From contig JAAZJL010000031.1 of assembly GCA_012800355.1 (NCBI GenBank), positions 8,596 through 72,595 on the forward strand: 64,000 nt of DNA, written 5' to 3'. The notes beneath the pieces are model-generated. The model did no database searches. It had not been told where the DNA came from and saw only the letters and a list, made by a program, of their open reading frames with translations. How positions within the stretch are numbered: position 1 is the stretch's first letter; each line of letters starts with the position of its first letter. Both the position numbers and the translations under genes were made by a program. Positions 45,314-54,145 of this stretch are shown here, piece after piece. Origin of the DNA: Erysipelotrichia bacterium. GTDB taxonomy: Bacteria > Bacillota_I > Bacilli_A > Erysipelotrichales > Erysipelotrichaceae.

Positions 45314-46891
45314 TTATAATAGTGGTTCAAAAATTTTAAATATATAGGCTATTATTTTTGTTAAAAGTTTTTGTTTTAGCACTTCTTCATTTGTTATTTC
45401 TAAACTTTCATTAATTGAAGCTAACATGTCGTTTTTTACATCTAATACTGCATCATTACCATATAAATAAACAGCATTTTCAAAGTGATGGTATAAACTT
45501 CGATAATCTAAATTTATAGTTCCAACAATTGCTTTTTTATCATCAGAAACCATCATTTTTCCATGAACAAAACCTTTAGTATATTCATATATTTTTACTC
45601 CAGCTTCTATCATAGTTTTATAGTATGATTTGGCTATTTTATTTATGTATTTTTTATCTGGTATTCCTGGTAGTAAAATTCTTACATCTATACCCTTTTT
45701 AGCAGCAAATTTAATTGAATTTAAAAACTCGTCGTCTAAGATAAAATAAGGACTCATAATATAAACGTATTTTTTTGCTTGATTTAAAACATCCAAATAA
45801 ACATTTTTGCCTACTAAGTATTTGTCCATAGGTATATCACCATATGGAATTACATACCCTTTTTGTTCATATTTTAATCCATTAGAGCAGTTTATATATT
45901 CTATTTCTTTTTCATTTATGGCTATTACTGACATTTTAAGAAACATTACAGTAAATGATTTAACAGCTTCACCTTTAATCATTACAGCTGTATCTTTCCA
46001 ATATCCAAAAACTTCTTTTTCGTTAATATATTCATCAGCTAAATTAATTCCACCTGTAAATGCCACTTTTCCATCAATAACTGTCATTTTTCTGTGATCT
46101 CTAAAATTAAAATATGTTGAAATAAATGGATAAAGTGGAGCAAATTTAACACATTTTATGCCAATTTTATTTAATCTTTTATGATAGTTAGCAGGTAGTT
46201 TTGTAAAATCACAGGTTCCATCATATATTACCCTAACATCAACTCCAACACTAACCTTTTCAATTAAAATCTCTAAAATCTGATTCCACATCTTTCCTCT
46301 GTCAATAATGAAATATTCTAAAAATATAAATTTTTCTGCTTTTTTTAATTCTTCAATATAAACAGGAAACATTTCTTCCCCAGAAGGAAAATATTTAACT
46401 TCACAATTAGAATATATACCTCTATTACCAGCTTTTTTTAAGTAATTATGTAAATGATAAAGTTCAATATCATCTTTTTTTATCTTTTTAAGTAGTTTTT
46501 CATCAGTCTCAATATATTGTGAAAAATCAAGATTCTTATTAATAAAATATTTTTTATATCGATTATTAAATATATCAAGTTTAACAAATAAATATGCAAC
46601 ACTACCCAAAATTGGTACCAATAGAATAATAACAGCCCAAGTTATTTTATATGATTCATAATCTTCATCGTCATTTAACATATAAAGCAATATTATAAAA
46701 TCAAAAATTACTATAATGCTAATAATTGGAATGATATAATCTAGAAGTTTTAGATAAATTACTATGATAAAAATTATTTCTAAAAGCAATATTAAAAAGA
46801 CAAAACCAGTTGAACCAAACAAAAAAGATAGCTTGGACATTCTATTTTTTTCAGATAAAAATACTGCTTCGATATCTTTTTTATTTTTCAT
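45314..46891 (-). CDS. cls: Cardiolipin synthase (PLD superfamily, two HKD motifs)
   Basis: 525 aa with N-terminal TM helices and HKD motifs HRKMTVIDGKVAFTGGINL and HGKMMVSDDKKAIVGTINL. Its ATG is 1 nt after the rseP stop. Confidence 0.9.
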   Translation of the reverse strand: MKNKKDIEAVFLSEKNRMSKLSFLFGSTGFVFLILLLEIIFIIVIYLKLLDYIIPIISIIVIFDFIILLYMLNDDEDYESYKITWAVIILLVPILGSVAYLFVKLDIFNNRYKKYFINKNLDFSQYIETDEKLLKKIKKDDIELYHLHNYLKKAGNRGIYSNCEVKYFPSGEEMFPVYIEELKKAEKFIFLEYFIIDRGKMWNQILEILIEKVSVGVDVRVIYDGTCDFTKLPANYHKRLNKIGIKCVKFAPLYPFISTYFNFRDHRKMTVIDGKVAFTGGINLADEYINEKEVFGYWKDTAVMIKGEAVKSFTVMFLKMSVIAINEKEIEYINCSNGLKYEQKGYVIPYGDIPMDKYLVGKNVYLDVLNQAKKYVYIMSPYFILDDEFLNSIKFAAKKGIDVRILLPGIPDKKYINKIAKSYYKTMIEAGVKIYEYTKGFVHGKMMVSDDKKAIVGTINLDYRSLYHHFENAVYLYGNDAVLDVKNDMLASINESLEITNEEVLKQKLLTKIIAYIFKIFEPLL

Positions 46892-46892
46892 A

Positions 46893-47984
46893 TTATCTAA
46901 ATAATTTCCCTATATCTGAAATAGTTATTAAAATAAATAAAGCTAAAACTAAAAACATAGAAATAGTTAAAACAATTGATTCTATTTTCTCATCTCTTTT
47001 ACCTATAATCACTTCAATAATTGTCATTAAAATTCTTCCACCATCAAATATTGGAATTGGAATCAGATTCATTACACACAGAGATATAGAAATAGATGCT
47101 ACCAGCGAGAAATAAGACATTAAACTGTATGATAATGCTTCCTCTGTTATAGAATACATTCCAACAATACCAGAAACATTTTCTAAACCAATATTACCAG
47201 TGAAAATCGATATAACTGACTTAAAAGTCAAAATCGCACTTTCGAAAGTATGTTTTATACCTTCAACTATAGCTTCAGGACCTTTTAATTTTTGAAATTC
47301 GGTTTCTCCTGAAAAAACAATACCAATTAAATAAGATTTACTTTTCTCATCATAAACAGGCTCAACTAAAATATCAATTGTTTCATTACCTCTTAAAACT
47401 GTTAATGTATAAGCTCCCTTATGTAAAGAATTATTTACCGCCACATCATATGTTGTTTTAATTTCTACTTTTTCATTATTTGCATAAGTAATAGCAATTA
47501 TTTCATCTTCAACCATTAAACCAGCACTTTGAGCTGGAGAATTTTCAATTACTTGTTCAATAATTGCTTTTGGATAAATAGCTTTAACTCCAACAGCAGA
47601 AAATATTGAAATAAAAATAACCATTGCTAATAGAAAGTTAAAAATTGGTCCAGATAAGAGAATAACAATTCTTTTTAAAGCTGAAACACCATAAAACGTC
47701 CTTTCTTCCTCAATTGTAAATGCTTCAGATTTAGTTGTTTCCTCATCCGAATTTTCATTTTCTTCATCTAATTTATTTTCATCCACCATTGCAGTGTAAC
47801 CACCAAAAGGAATTGCTCGTAATGTGTATAAAGTTTCTTTTCCTTGGTGTGAAAGCAATTTTGGGCCAAACCCCACTGCAAATTCTTTAACATAAACATT
47901 AAAAACCTTGGCTGCTAACATATGACCAAGTTCATGGAAAGTAATCAATACTCCAATCATCAATATAAATAAAATAAATGTCAT
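46893..47984 (-). CDS. rseP: RIP metalloprotease RseP/RasP (site-2 protease, M50)
   Basis: 363 aa with HELGHMLAA (HExxH), a PDZ domain and multiple TM helices. ATGA overlap with dxr. Confidence 0.9.
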   Translation of the reverse strand: MTFILFILMIGVLITFHELGHMLAAKVFNVYVKEFAVGFGPKLLSHQGKETLYTLRAIPFGGYTAMVDENKLDEENENSDEETTKSEAFTIEEERTFYGVSALKRIVILLSGPIFNFLLAMVIFISIFSAVGVKAIYPKAIIEQVIENSPAQSAGLMVEDEIIAITYANNEKVEIKTTYDVAVNNSLHKGAYTLTVLRGNETIDILVEPVYDEKSKSYLIGIVFSGETEFQKLKGPEAIVEGIKHTFESAILTFKSVISIFTGNIGLENVSGIVGMYSITEEALSYSLMSYFSLVASISISLCVMNLIPIPIFDGGRILMTIIEVIIGKRDEKIESIVLTISMFLVLALFILITISDIGKLFR

Positions 47985-49138
47985 AATTTACTTAATACTT
48001 CCTTTACTTTTTTTACTGCCCAATCATTAGACTCAATAATTTGATCCAAAGTTGGATTTTCTATATAAATTTCTTTTCCTAATCTAACAACTTCAAAATT
48101 AATTTTTTCAATATCTAAAAAAGAAATTTTATCTTCTAAAAACAATTCAACTGCTTCTTCATTAGCACCGTTTAGTATTGCTGGCATATTACCATCTAAA
48201 TAACCCACCGCATAGGCTAAATCTAAAAGTGGAAATCTTTTAAAATCTGGATTTTTAAATGTAAGTGTTCCTAAATCTGTCAATGATAAAACATTAGAGT
48301 TGTTATTGATTCTTCTTGGGTAAGTAAGAGCATATTGAATTGGTAATCTCATATCAGTAACACCTAATTGAGCAATAACAGTATTATCGACATACTCAGT
48401 CATTGAATGAACAATACTTTCTGGATGCATAATAACTTCAATTTGTTCATATGGAATGTCAAATAGCACATGAGCTTCTATTACTTCAAAACCCTTATTC
48501 ATCATTGTAGCTGAATCAATAGTTATTTTACTGCCCATTTTCCATCTTGGGTGTTTCAAAGCCTCTTCTTTAGTAACATTTTTTAAATCTTCTCTATTTA
48601 AGTCTCGGAAAGCTCCACCTGAAGCGGTGATAATTAATTTTTTAAGATCTTTTCTAACATTACCTCTTAAAGTCTGAAAAATAGCGGAATGTTCAGAATC
48701 TACCGGAATTAATCTTACTTTATATAATTTTGCTTTGTCCATTACAATACTACCTGCAGCTACTAAAGATTCTTTATTAGAAATTGCAATATCACATTTA
48801 TGTTCAATAGCATTAAGTGTTGGAAGCAATCCGACAAATCCTTGCAAACAATTACAAACCATATCAATGTCTTGAAGCGATGTTAAAGATATTAAACCAT
48901 CATCTCCAAAAAAGAATTTTGTTTTTGGGTATTTATCTTTAATTCTTAAATAATCTTCATAATACTGAACACAGCCATATTCTAATGGATATTTATTTAA
49001 ATAATCCTCTAAAAAATTGACTCTAGTACCAACAGCCAAAGCTACAACTTCAAAAAGATCTTGATGTTGAATTAAAACATCGACTGTTTGAGATCCTACA
49101 GAGCCAGAAGCTCCTAATACAACAATACGTTTTTTCAT
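47981..49138 (-). CDS. dxr: 1-deoxy-D-xylulose 5-phosphate reductoisomerase
   Basis: 385 aa with GASGSVGSQT, DSEHSAIFQ and NKGFEVIEAH. Confidence 0.95.
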   Translation of the reverse strand: MKKRIVVLGASGSVGSQTVDVLIQHQDLFEVVALAVGTRVNFLEDYLNKYPLEYGCVQYYEDYLRIKDKYPKTKFFFGDDGLISLTSLQDIDMVCNCLQGFVGLLPTLNAIEHKCDIAISNKESLVAAGSIVMDKAKLYKVRLIPVDSEHSAIFQTLRGNVRKDLKKLIITASGGAFRDLNREDLKNVTKEEALKHPRWKMGSKITIDSATMMNKGFEVIEAHVLFDIPYEQIEVIMHPESIVHSMTEYVDNTVIAQLGVTDMRLPIQYALTYPRRINNNSNVLSLTDLGTLTFKNPDFKRFPLLDLAYAVGYLDGNMPAILNGANEEAVELFLEDKISFLDIEKINFEVVRLGKEIYIENPTLDQIIESNDWAVKKVKEVLSKL

Positions 49139-49905
49139 AATAAATTACTCATTAGGCAAAACATCACTAAACAGTTAAACGTTAATGAATCTACTCTATC
49201 TAATACTCCACCATGTCCTGGAAATAAATTACCAAAATCTTTAATGTTAAAGTGTCTTTTAATTGCACTAAAAGATAAATCTCCAATTTGCCCTAAAGCT
49301 GGCATAATTAGTGATCCTGAAATCAAAAAAGTTAAATTGATTTCTTTGATAAAGAAATAACCGAACAAAAATGAAATAATTGCACCAAATATATAACCGC
49401 CTAATGTTCCTTCTATTGTTTTATTTGGTGATATTCTTGGATTTAATTTATGCTTACCAAATGCTTTACCTACAAAAAAGGCAAAAGTATCAGTAATATA
49501 TGTTGCTAAACAAGTATAAATTAAGAGCATTTTATTAATTGAATACATCATATCAATTGAGGCAATAGTTAGTATGATAATATTAAAAACCAAGAAAATA
49601 AGACCAATATACTCAAAACTAACTTCTTGATATAACACTAATATTAAAAATAAAAATATTAATACAATGCAATTCAACTGAATAAAATATTCAAAATTAA
49701 AAGCAGTAATTAAACCTAAAATAAAAATAATATAGATACTATAAATTGTCCATTTTGGCCATTTATCAGAAAAGAGTCTTAATATTTCATAGCAACCCAC
49801 CACAACAAAAAAACTAGCTATTATTTTAAAGAAAATTCCTCCCAATAATAATGCTGGAACTAATACTATTAACAATCCTAAAGCAGTGATAATTCGTTGT
49901 TTCAT
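49135..49905 (-). CDS. cdsA: Phosphatidate cytidylyltransferase
   Basis: 256 aa polytopic protein with signature SAIKRHFNIKDFGNLFPGHGGVLDRVDS. Confidence 0.92.
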   Translation of the reverse strand: MKQRIITALGLLIVLVPALLLGGIFFKIIASFFVVVGCYEILRLFSDKWPKWTIYSIYIIFILGLITAFNFEYFIQLNCIVLIFLFLILVLYQEVSFEYIGLIFLVFNIIILTIASIDMMYSINKMLLIYTCLATYITDTFAFFVGKAFGKHKLNPRISPNKTIEGTLGGYIFGAIISFLFGYFFIKEINLTFLISGSLIMPALGQIGDLSFSAIKRHFNIKDFGNLFPGHGGVLDRVDSLTFNCLVMFCLMSNLL

Positions 49906-50588
49906 AGTAAACCTCCAAATCTTCTTTGTCTATTACTATATTCTTCTATTGCTTTTAAAAACATATCGCCATTAAAATCTGGCCAATAACAATCAGTAAA
50001 AATAAACTCAGTATAAGATATTTGCCACAACAAGAAATTAGAAATACGATAATCAAGACTTGTTCTAATCATTAAATCAACATCTGGATAATTTTTAGTA
50101 GAAATATTATTAGTTATATCTTGCTCGGTAATACTTGTAATACTTCCATTTTTAATGATTTCATTTACTGCTTGGACAATATCATTTCTTCCACCATAAT
50201 TTAATGCAAACACTAAAGTCAAACCATTGTTATTTTTTGTTTTTTCAATTGCTTTATGTATAACATTTATGGTTTTTATAGGTAAAGCTGACAAATCACC
50301 AATAGTTTCAATTCTAATATTCTTTTCCATCAATTCTTTAAGAAACTTATCAAAAAAAACTGCTGGTAAAGACATTAAATAATCAATTTCTTCTTTTGGT
50401 CTTTTCCAATTTTCAGTTGAAAAGGCATACAAAGTTAAAACTTTCACGCCTAGTTCATTAGCTTTAAGAGCAATATTTCTAACATTATCTGTCCCAACAA
50501 AGTGGCCATAAGATCTAGGTTTATTTTGTTTTTTAGCCCAGCGACCATTTCCGTCCATGATAATGGCTACATGTTGTGGAATGTTCAT
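49902..50588 (-). CDS. uppS: Isoprenyl (undecaprenyl) diphosphate synthase, cis-prenyltransferase
   Basis: 228 aa with IIMDGNGRWA, TLYAFSTENW and the RRFGG tail. Confidence 0.93.
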   Translation of the reverse strand: MNIPQHVAIIMDGNGRWAKKQNKPRSYGHFVGTDNVRNIALKANELGVKVLTLYAFSTENWKRPKEEIDYLMSLPAVFFDKFLKELMEKNIRIETIGDLSALPIKTINVIHKAIEKTKNNNGLTLVFALNYGGRNDIVQAVNEIIKNGSITSITEQDITNNISTKNYPDVDLMIRTSLDYRISNFLLWQISYTEFIFTDCYWPDFNGDMFLKAIEEYSNRQRRFGGLL

Positions 50589-50590
50589 AA

Positions 50591-51133
50591 CTAAACTGTC
50601 ATGATTTCCTTATTTTTAGCACTAGCAATTTCATCAATTTGCTTAATTGCATCATCTGTAGCTTTTTGAATATCTTCAACTAAACTTTTTGAATAATCTT
50701 CAGGAAGAGTCTTATCTTTTTTTACTAAGTCATTACCTTCTCTTCTAATATTTCTAATTGCTACTTTAGCATCTTCAGCCATCTTAAGAACTTGAGCTGT
50801 ATACTCTTTTCTTTTCTCTTCTGTTAATTGAGGAACATTAATTCTAATTTGAGTTCCTTCATTTTGAGGAGTTAAACCTAAATTAGCTGCAAATATTGCT
50901 TTTTCAATGTCTTTTACAATATGCATTTCATAAGGTTTTATTAATAATTGTTTTCCCTCAATAACTGAAATACCAGCTACCTGATTAATTGGTGTCTCCA
51001 TTCCATAATAATCAATCGTAACATGTGCAATTAAGCCAGGATTAGCACCTGAAGTTCTAATTTGAGTTAAACTGCTTTCAAAAACTTCAATAGAGCTATT
51101 CATTTTCTCTTTTACATAATCTACTTGCGACAT
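50591..51133 (-). CDS. frr: Ribosome recycling factor
   Basis: 180 aa. It has the family pattern and the conserved pyrH-frr position. Confidence 0.95.
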   Translation of the reverse strand: MSQVDYVKEKMNSSIEVFESSLTQIRTSGANPGLIAHVTIDYYGMETPINQVAGISVIEGKQLLIKPYEMHIVKDIEKAIFAANLGLTPQNEGTQIRINVPQLTEEKRKEYTAQVLKMAEDAKVAIRNIRREGNDLVKKDKTLPEDYSKSLVEDIQKATDDAIKQIDEIASAKNKEIMTV

Positions 51134-51144
51134 ATAACAACCTC

Positions 51145-51852
51145 CTAAATGTTTTTTATAATAGTTCCAATTTTTTCACCCGAAACTACTTTGGAAATAT
51201 TTTCAATTTCATTCATGTTAAATATTATTGTTTCGATATTATTATCTTTGCACATACTAGCTGCTGTCAAGTCCATAACATTTAATTCTTTTTCAATCAT
51301 TTCTTGATAAGTTAATTTTTCAAATTTTTTAGCTGTAGGATCTTTCCTAGGGTCAGCATTATACACTCCATCAACTCCATTTTTGGCCATTAATATAGCT
51401 TGACAACCTATTTCAGAAGCTCTTAATGCACTTGCTGTATCAGTTGAAAAGTATGGATTACCTGTTCCACCACCATATACAACAATTCCACCATTTTCTA
51501 AAACATCAATAGCTTTACGATAATCGATTATATCGCATATCCTAGTACATTCTATGGCACTTTGCATATAAGCATATAAACCATTTTCTTGACATGCACC
51601 ACAAATTGCTAAAGCATTAATCATCGTACCTAACATTCCCATTTTATCTGCTTCTACTCTAGGCAAACCAATTTCAGAAGCAAATTTTCCACGCATGATA
51701 TTACCACCACCAACGACAATTGCTACCTGTACGCCCATTTCTGTAACTTTCTTTAACTGTAAAGCTAATCTTTTTAGCATATCAGAAGAAAATGTTGCTT
51801 CCTTTTCGCTTAATGCTTCACCTGATAATTTTAATAAAACTCTTTTATACAT
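51145..51852 (-). CDS. pyrH: UMP kinase
   Basis: 235 aa with RVLLKLSGEAL and VGGGNIMRG. Confidence 0.95.
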   Translation of the reverse strand: MYKRVLLKLSGEALSEKEATFSSDMLKRLALQLKKVTEMGVQVAIVVGGGNIMRGKFASEIGLPRVEADKMGMLGTMINALAICGACQENGLYAYMQSAIECTRICDIIDYRKAIDVLENGGIVVYGGGTGNPYFSTDTASALRASEIGCQAILMAKNGVDGVYNADPRKDPTAKKFEKLTYQEMIEKELNVMDLTAASMCKDNNIETIIFNMNEIENISKVVSGEKIGTIIKNI

Positions 51853-51896
51853 ACAAGACTCCTTTTAATAATTTATCAAACAACTAATATTGTTGT

Positions 51897-54137
51897 CTAC
51901 TCTTCATCTGTTCTAACTAGGACATCTCTAGGTTTAGAACCCTTTGAACCTGAAATTATTCCTTCTTGTTCTAGAGCATCAATAAATTTTGCTGCTCTAG
52001 GAAATCCAAGTGAATATCTTCTTTGAAGTCCACTAGCAGAAACAGTCTTTTGAGTCATAACCCATGACTTGATATTACCATATAACGGATCATTATTACA
52101 TGAACTTACATTAGTATCAAAATCATCTCCTTTATCATCAATCATAAAAATATCTTCATATTGTGGAATATAACCACTATCAGATAAGTACGAGACAACT
52201 CTAGAAATTTCTTGATTAGAAACATAGACACCTTGAATTCTTTGTTGTGATGTTGAACCAGATTCCATAAATAACATATCACCGTTGTTTAATAATGATT
52301 CAGCACCAATAGTGTCTAATATAGTTCTTGAGTCATATGATGAAGCAACTTTAAAGGCAATTCTTGAAGGAATATTAGCTTTAATAACTCCAGTAATTAC
52401 ATCTGTTGAAGGTCTTTGAGTAGCTAAAATTAAATATATTCCTGCAGCTCTTGCTTTAGCTGCTAACCTTTGAATATAAATTTCAATTTCTTTTCTATGA
52501 GTTATCATTAAATCTGATAATTCATCAATGATACATACTATATTACACATTTTTTGAGTTGTTTTCTCATTGGCATTATAGTCTTTGATACTATTTACAT
52601 GAATTGAGGCAAACTTTTCATAACGTTCATCCATAAGTACACAAAGTTTCTTTAAAGCATCACTAGCCTTCTCATTTTCGGAAATAATTGGACAAGCTAA
52701 GTGAGGAATCTCTTTATATTTAGTAAATTCAACTTTTTTAGGATCTACTAATACCAATTTAACCTCACTTGGTCTAGAACTCATAAGTAGCATTAAAATA
52801 ATACTATTAATACATACTGATTTACCCATTCCAGTAGCTCCAGCAATTAATAAATGAGGAAATTTATCAATTGATGCATAAACATTGTTGCCTGTTATAT
52901 CTTTTCCTAAAGCAACAGTAAGTGGATTCTTTTTATATTCTGGTTTAATATTTTTTAATAACTCTGACAATCTAACTGCTGTTCTTTCTTCATTAGGTAT
53001 TTCAAATCCAACAGCAGACTTGCCTGGAATAGGAGCTACTATTCTAAGGTCTGTTACTGCTAAAGACATTTTGATATTTTCTTCAATAGAAGCATATTTT
53101 CTAATATTGAAATTTCCAATAGGTGAAACTTCAAATTGAGTTACTGAAGGACCAATATTAACTCCTTCAAGCTTACTTTCATAACCAAAACTTTCTAAGA
53201 CCTCTGCTAATTCTTCCCACTTAACTTTGGCATTTTCATTATTAGTAGAACTTTTCTTACTGATTGAATAAGTATCTAATTTATCAATACCAGGAAGCTT
53301 ATAATTTTTCTCATTATAAATAATCCTTTGTGATGGTGCAGATAAATCAAATGATAATACCTCAATTGGTTTACTATCAATAGTTTCAGGTTTAGAGACG
53401 ATTTCTTTAGCTACAGATACTATTTCCTGCTTTTCAAATTCTTTGTCTTTGCTTCTTAAATCGGTTGAAACAAACAAACTTTTTTCTTTTTCGAGTTGCT
53501 TTTTCCTTTCTTTTTCTTTTTGAGCTTCTTCTCTTCTTTTTGCTCTTTCTTCTTGTTTTTGTTTTTTATAATTAGAAAAATCAGCTTTTACTTGATCGAA
53601 GTCTTTATCATTGAAATCAAAATGAATGATTACTGATAAAAGTATCAAACCTGTTTCAACAATATAAATTCCCATATAACCTAAAAAAGATGAAAATAAA
53701 CTATAAAAGAAAGTGCCGATTAAACCACCATCATTAGTGATTACTCCATTGAAAATTTTCTTTGAGTTTTCAAAAAAATTATTAATTAATTCAAAGCCGA
53801 TAGATTTATCTTTTTGTATTGATAAAAATATTAGAACTGAAAGTAAAATAGCGACAGCAGAAACAATATATTTATAACCGAATGAAAATTTAAAAATGAT
53901 ACATAATCCAGCTATAATCATTGTTGCAAACGAAATAAACCAACATTTACCAAGGAAGTAGCGTGAACATTTAAATAAAAAATCTCCTAAGAAAGCTGTT
54001 TCTTCATAAAGCAAACCAATTAAACCAAGTGAAATTAGTATTACTCCATATGTAATACGTATTACTGTTAATTCTTCTTTTGAATACCTTCTTCCATTTT
54101 TAATAATCTTAGTATTGGTTTTTCTTTTTCTAGTCAT
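51897..54137 (-). CDS. ftsK: DNA translocase FtsK/SpoIIIE
   Basis: 746 aa with N-terminal TM helices, a K/E-rich linker, motor motifs GATGMGKS and IIDELSDLM, and a C-terminal gamma winged helix (SASGLQRRYSLGFPRAAKFIDALEQEGII). Confidence 0.95.
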   Translation of the reverse strand: MTRKRKTNTKIIKNGRRYSKEELTVIRITYGVILISLGLIGLLYEETAFLGDFLFKCSRYFLGKCWFISFATMIIAGLCIIFKFSFGYKYIVSAVAILLSVLIFLSIQKDKSIGFELINNFFENSKKIFNGVITNDGGLIGTFFYSLFSSFLGYMGIYIVETGLILLSVIIHFDFNDKDFDQVKADFSNYKKQKQEERAKRREEAQKEKERKKQLEKEKSLFVSTDLRSKDKEFEKQEIVSVAKEIVSKPETIDSKPIEVLSFDLSAPSQRIIYNEKNYKLPGIDKLDTYSISKKSSTNNENAKVKWEELAEVLESFGYESKLEGVNIGPSVTQFEVSPIGNFNIRKYASIEENIKMSLAVTDLRIVAPIPGKSAVGFEIPNEERTAVRLSELLKNIKPEYKKNPLTVALGKDITGNNVYASIDKFPHLLIAGATGMGKSVCINSIILMLLMSSRPSEVKLVLVDPKKVEFTKYKEIPHLACPIISENEKASDALKKLCVLMDERYEKFASIHVNSIKDYNANEKTTQKMCNIVCIIDELSDLMITHRKEIEIYIQRLAAKARAAGIYLILATQRPSTDVITGVIKANIPSRIAFKVASSYDSRTILDTIGAESLLNNGDMLFMESGSTSQQRIQGVYVSNQEISRVVSYLSDSGYIPQYEDIFMIDDKGDDFDTNVSSCNNDPLYGNIKSWVMTQKTVSASGLQRRYSLGFPRAAKFIDALEQEGIISGSKGSKPRDVLVRTDEE

Positions 54138-54145
54138 TAAATCTC

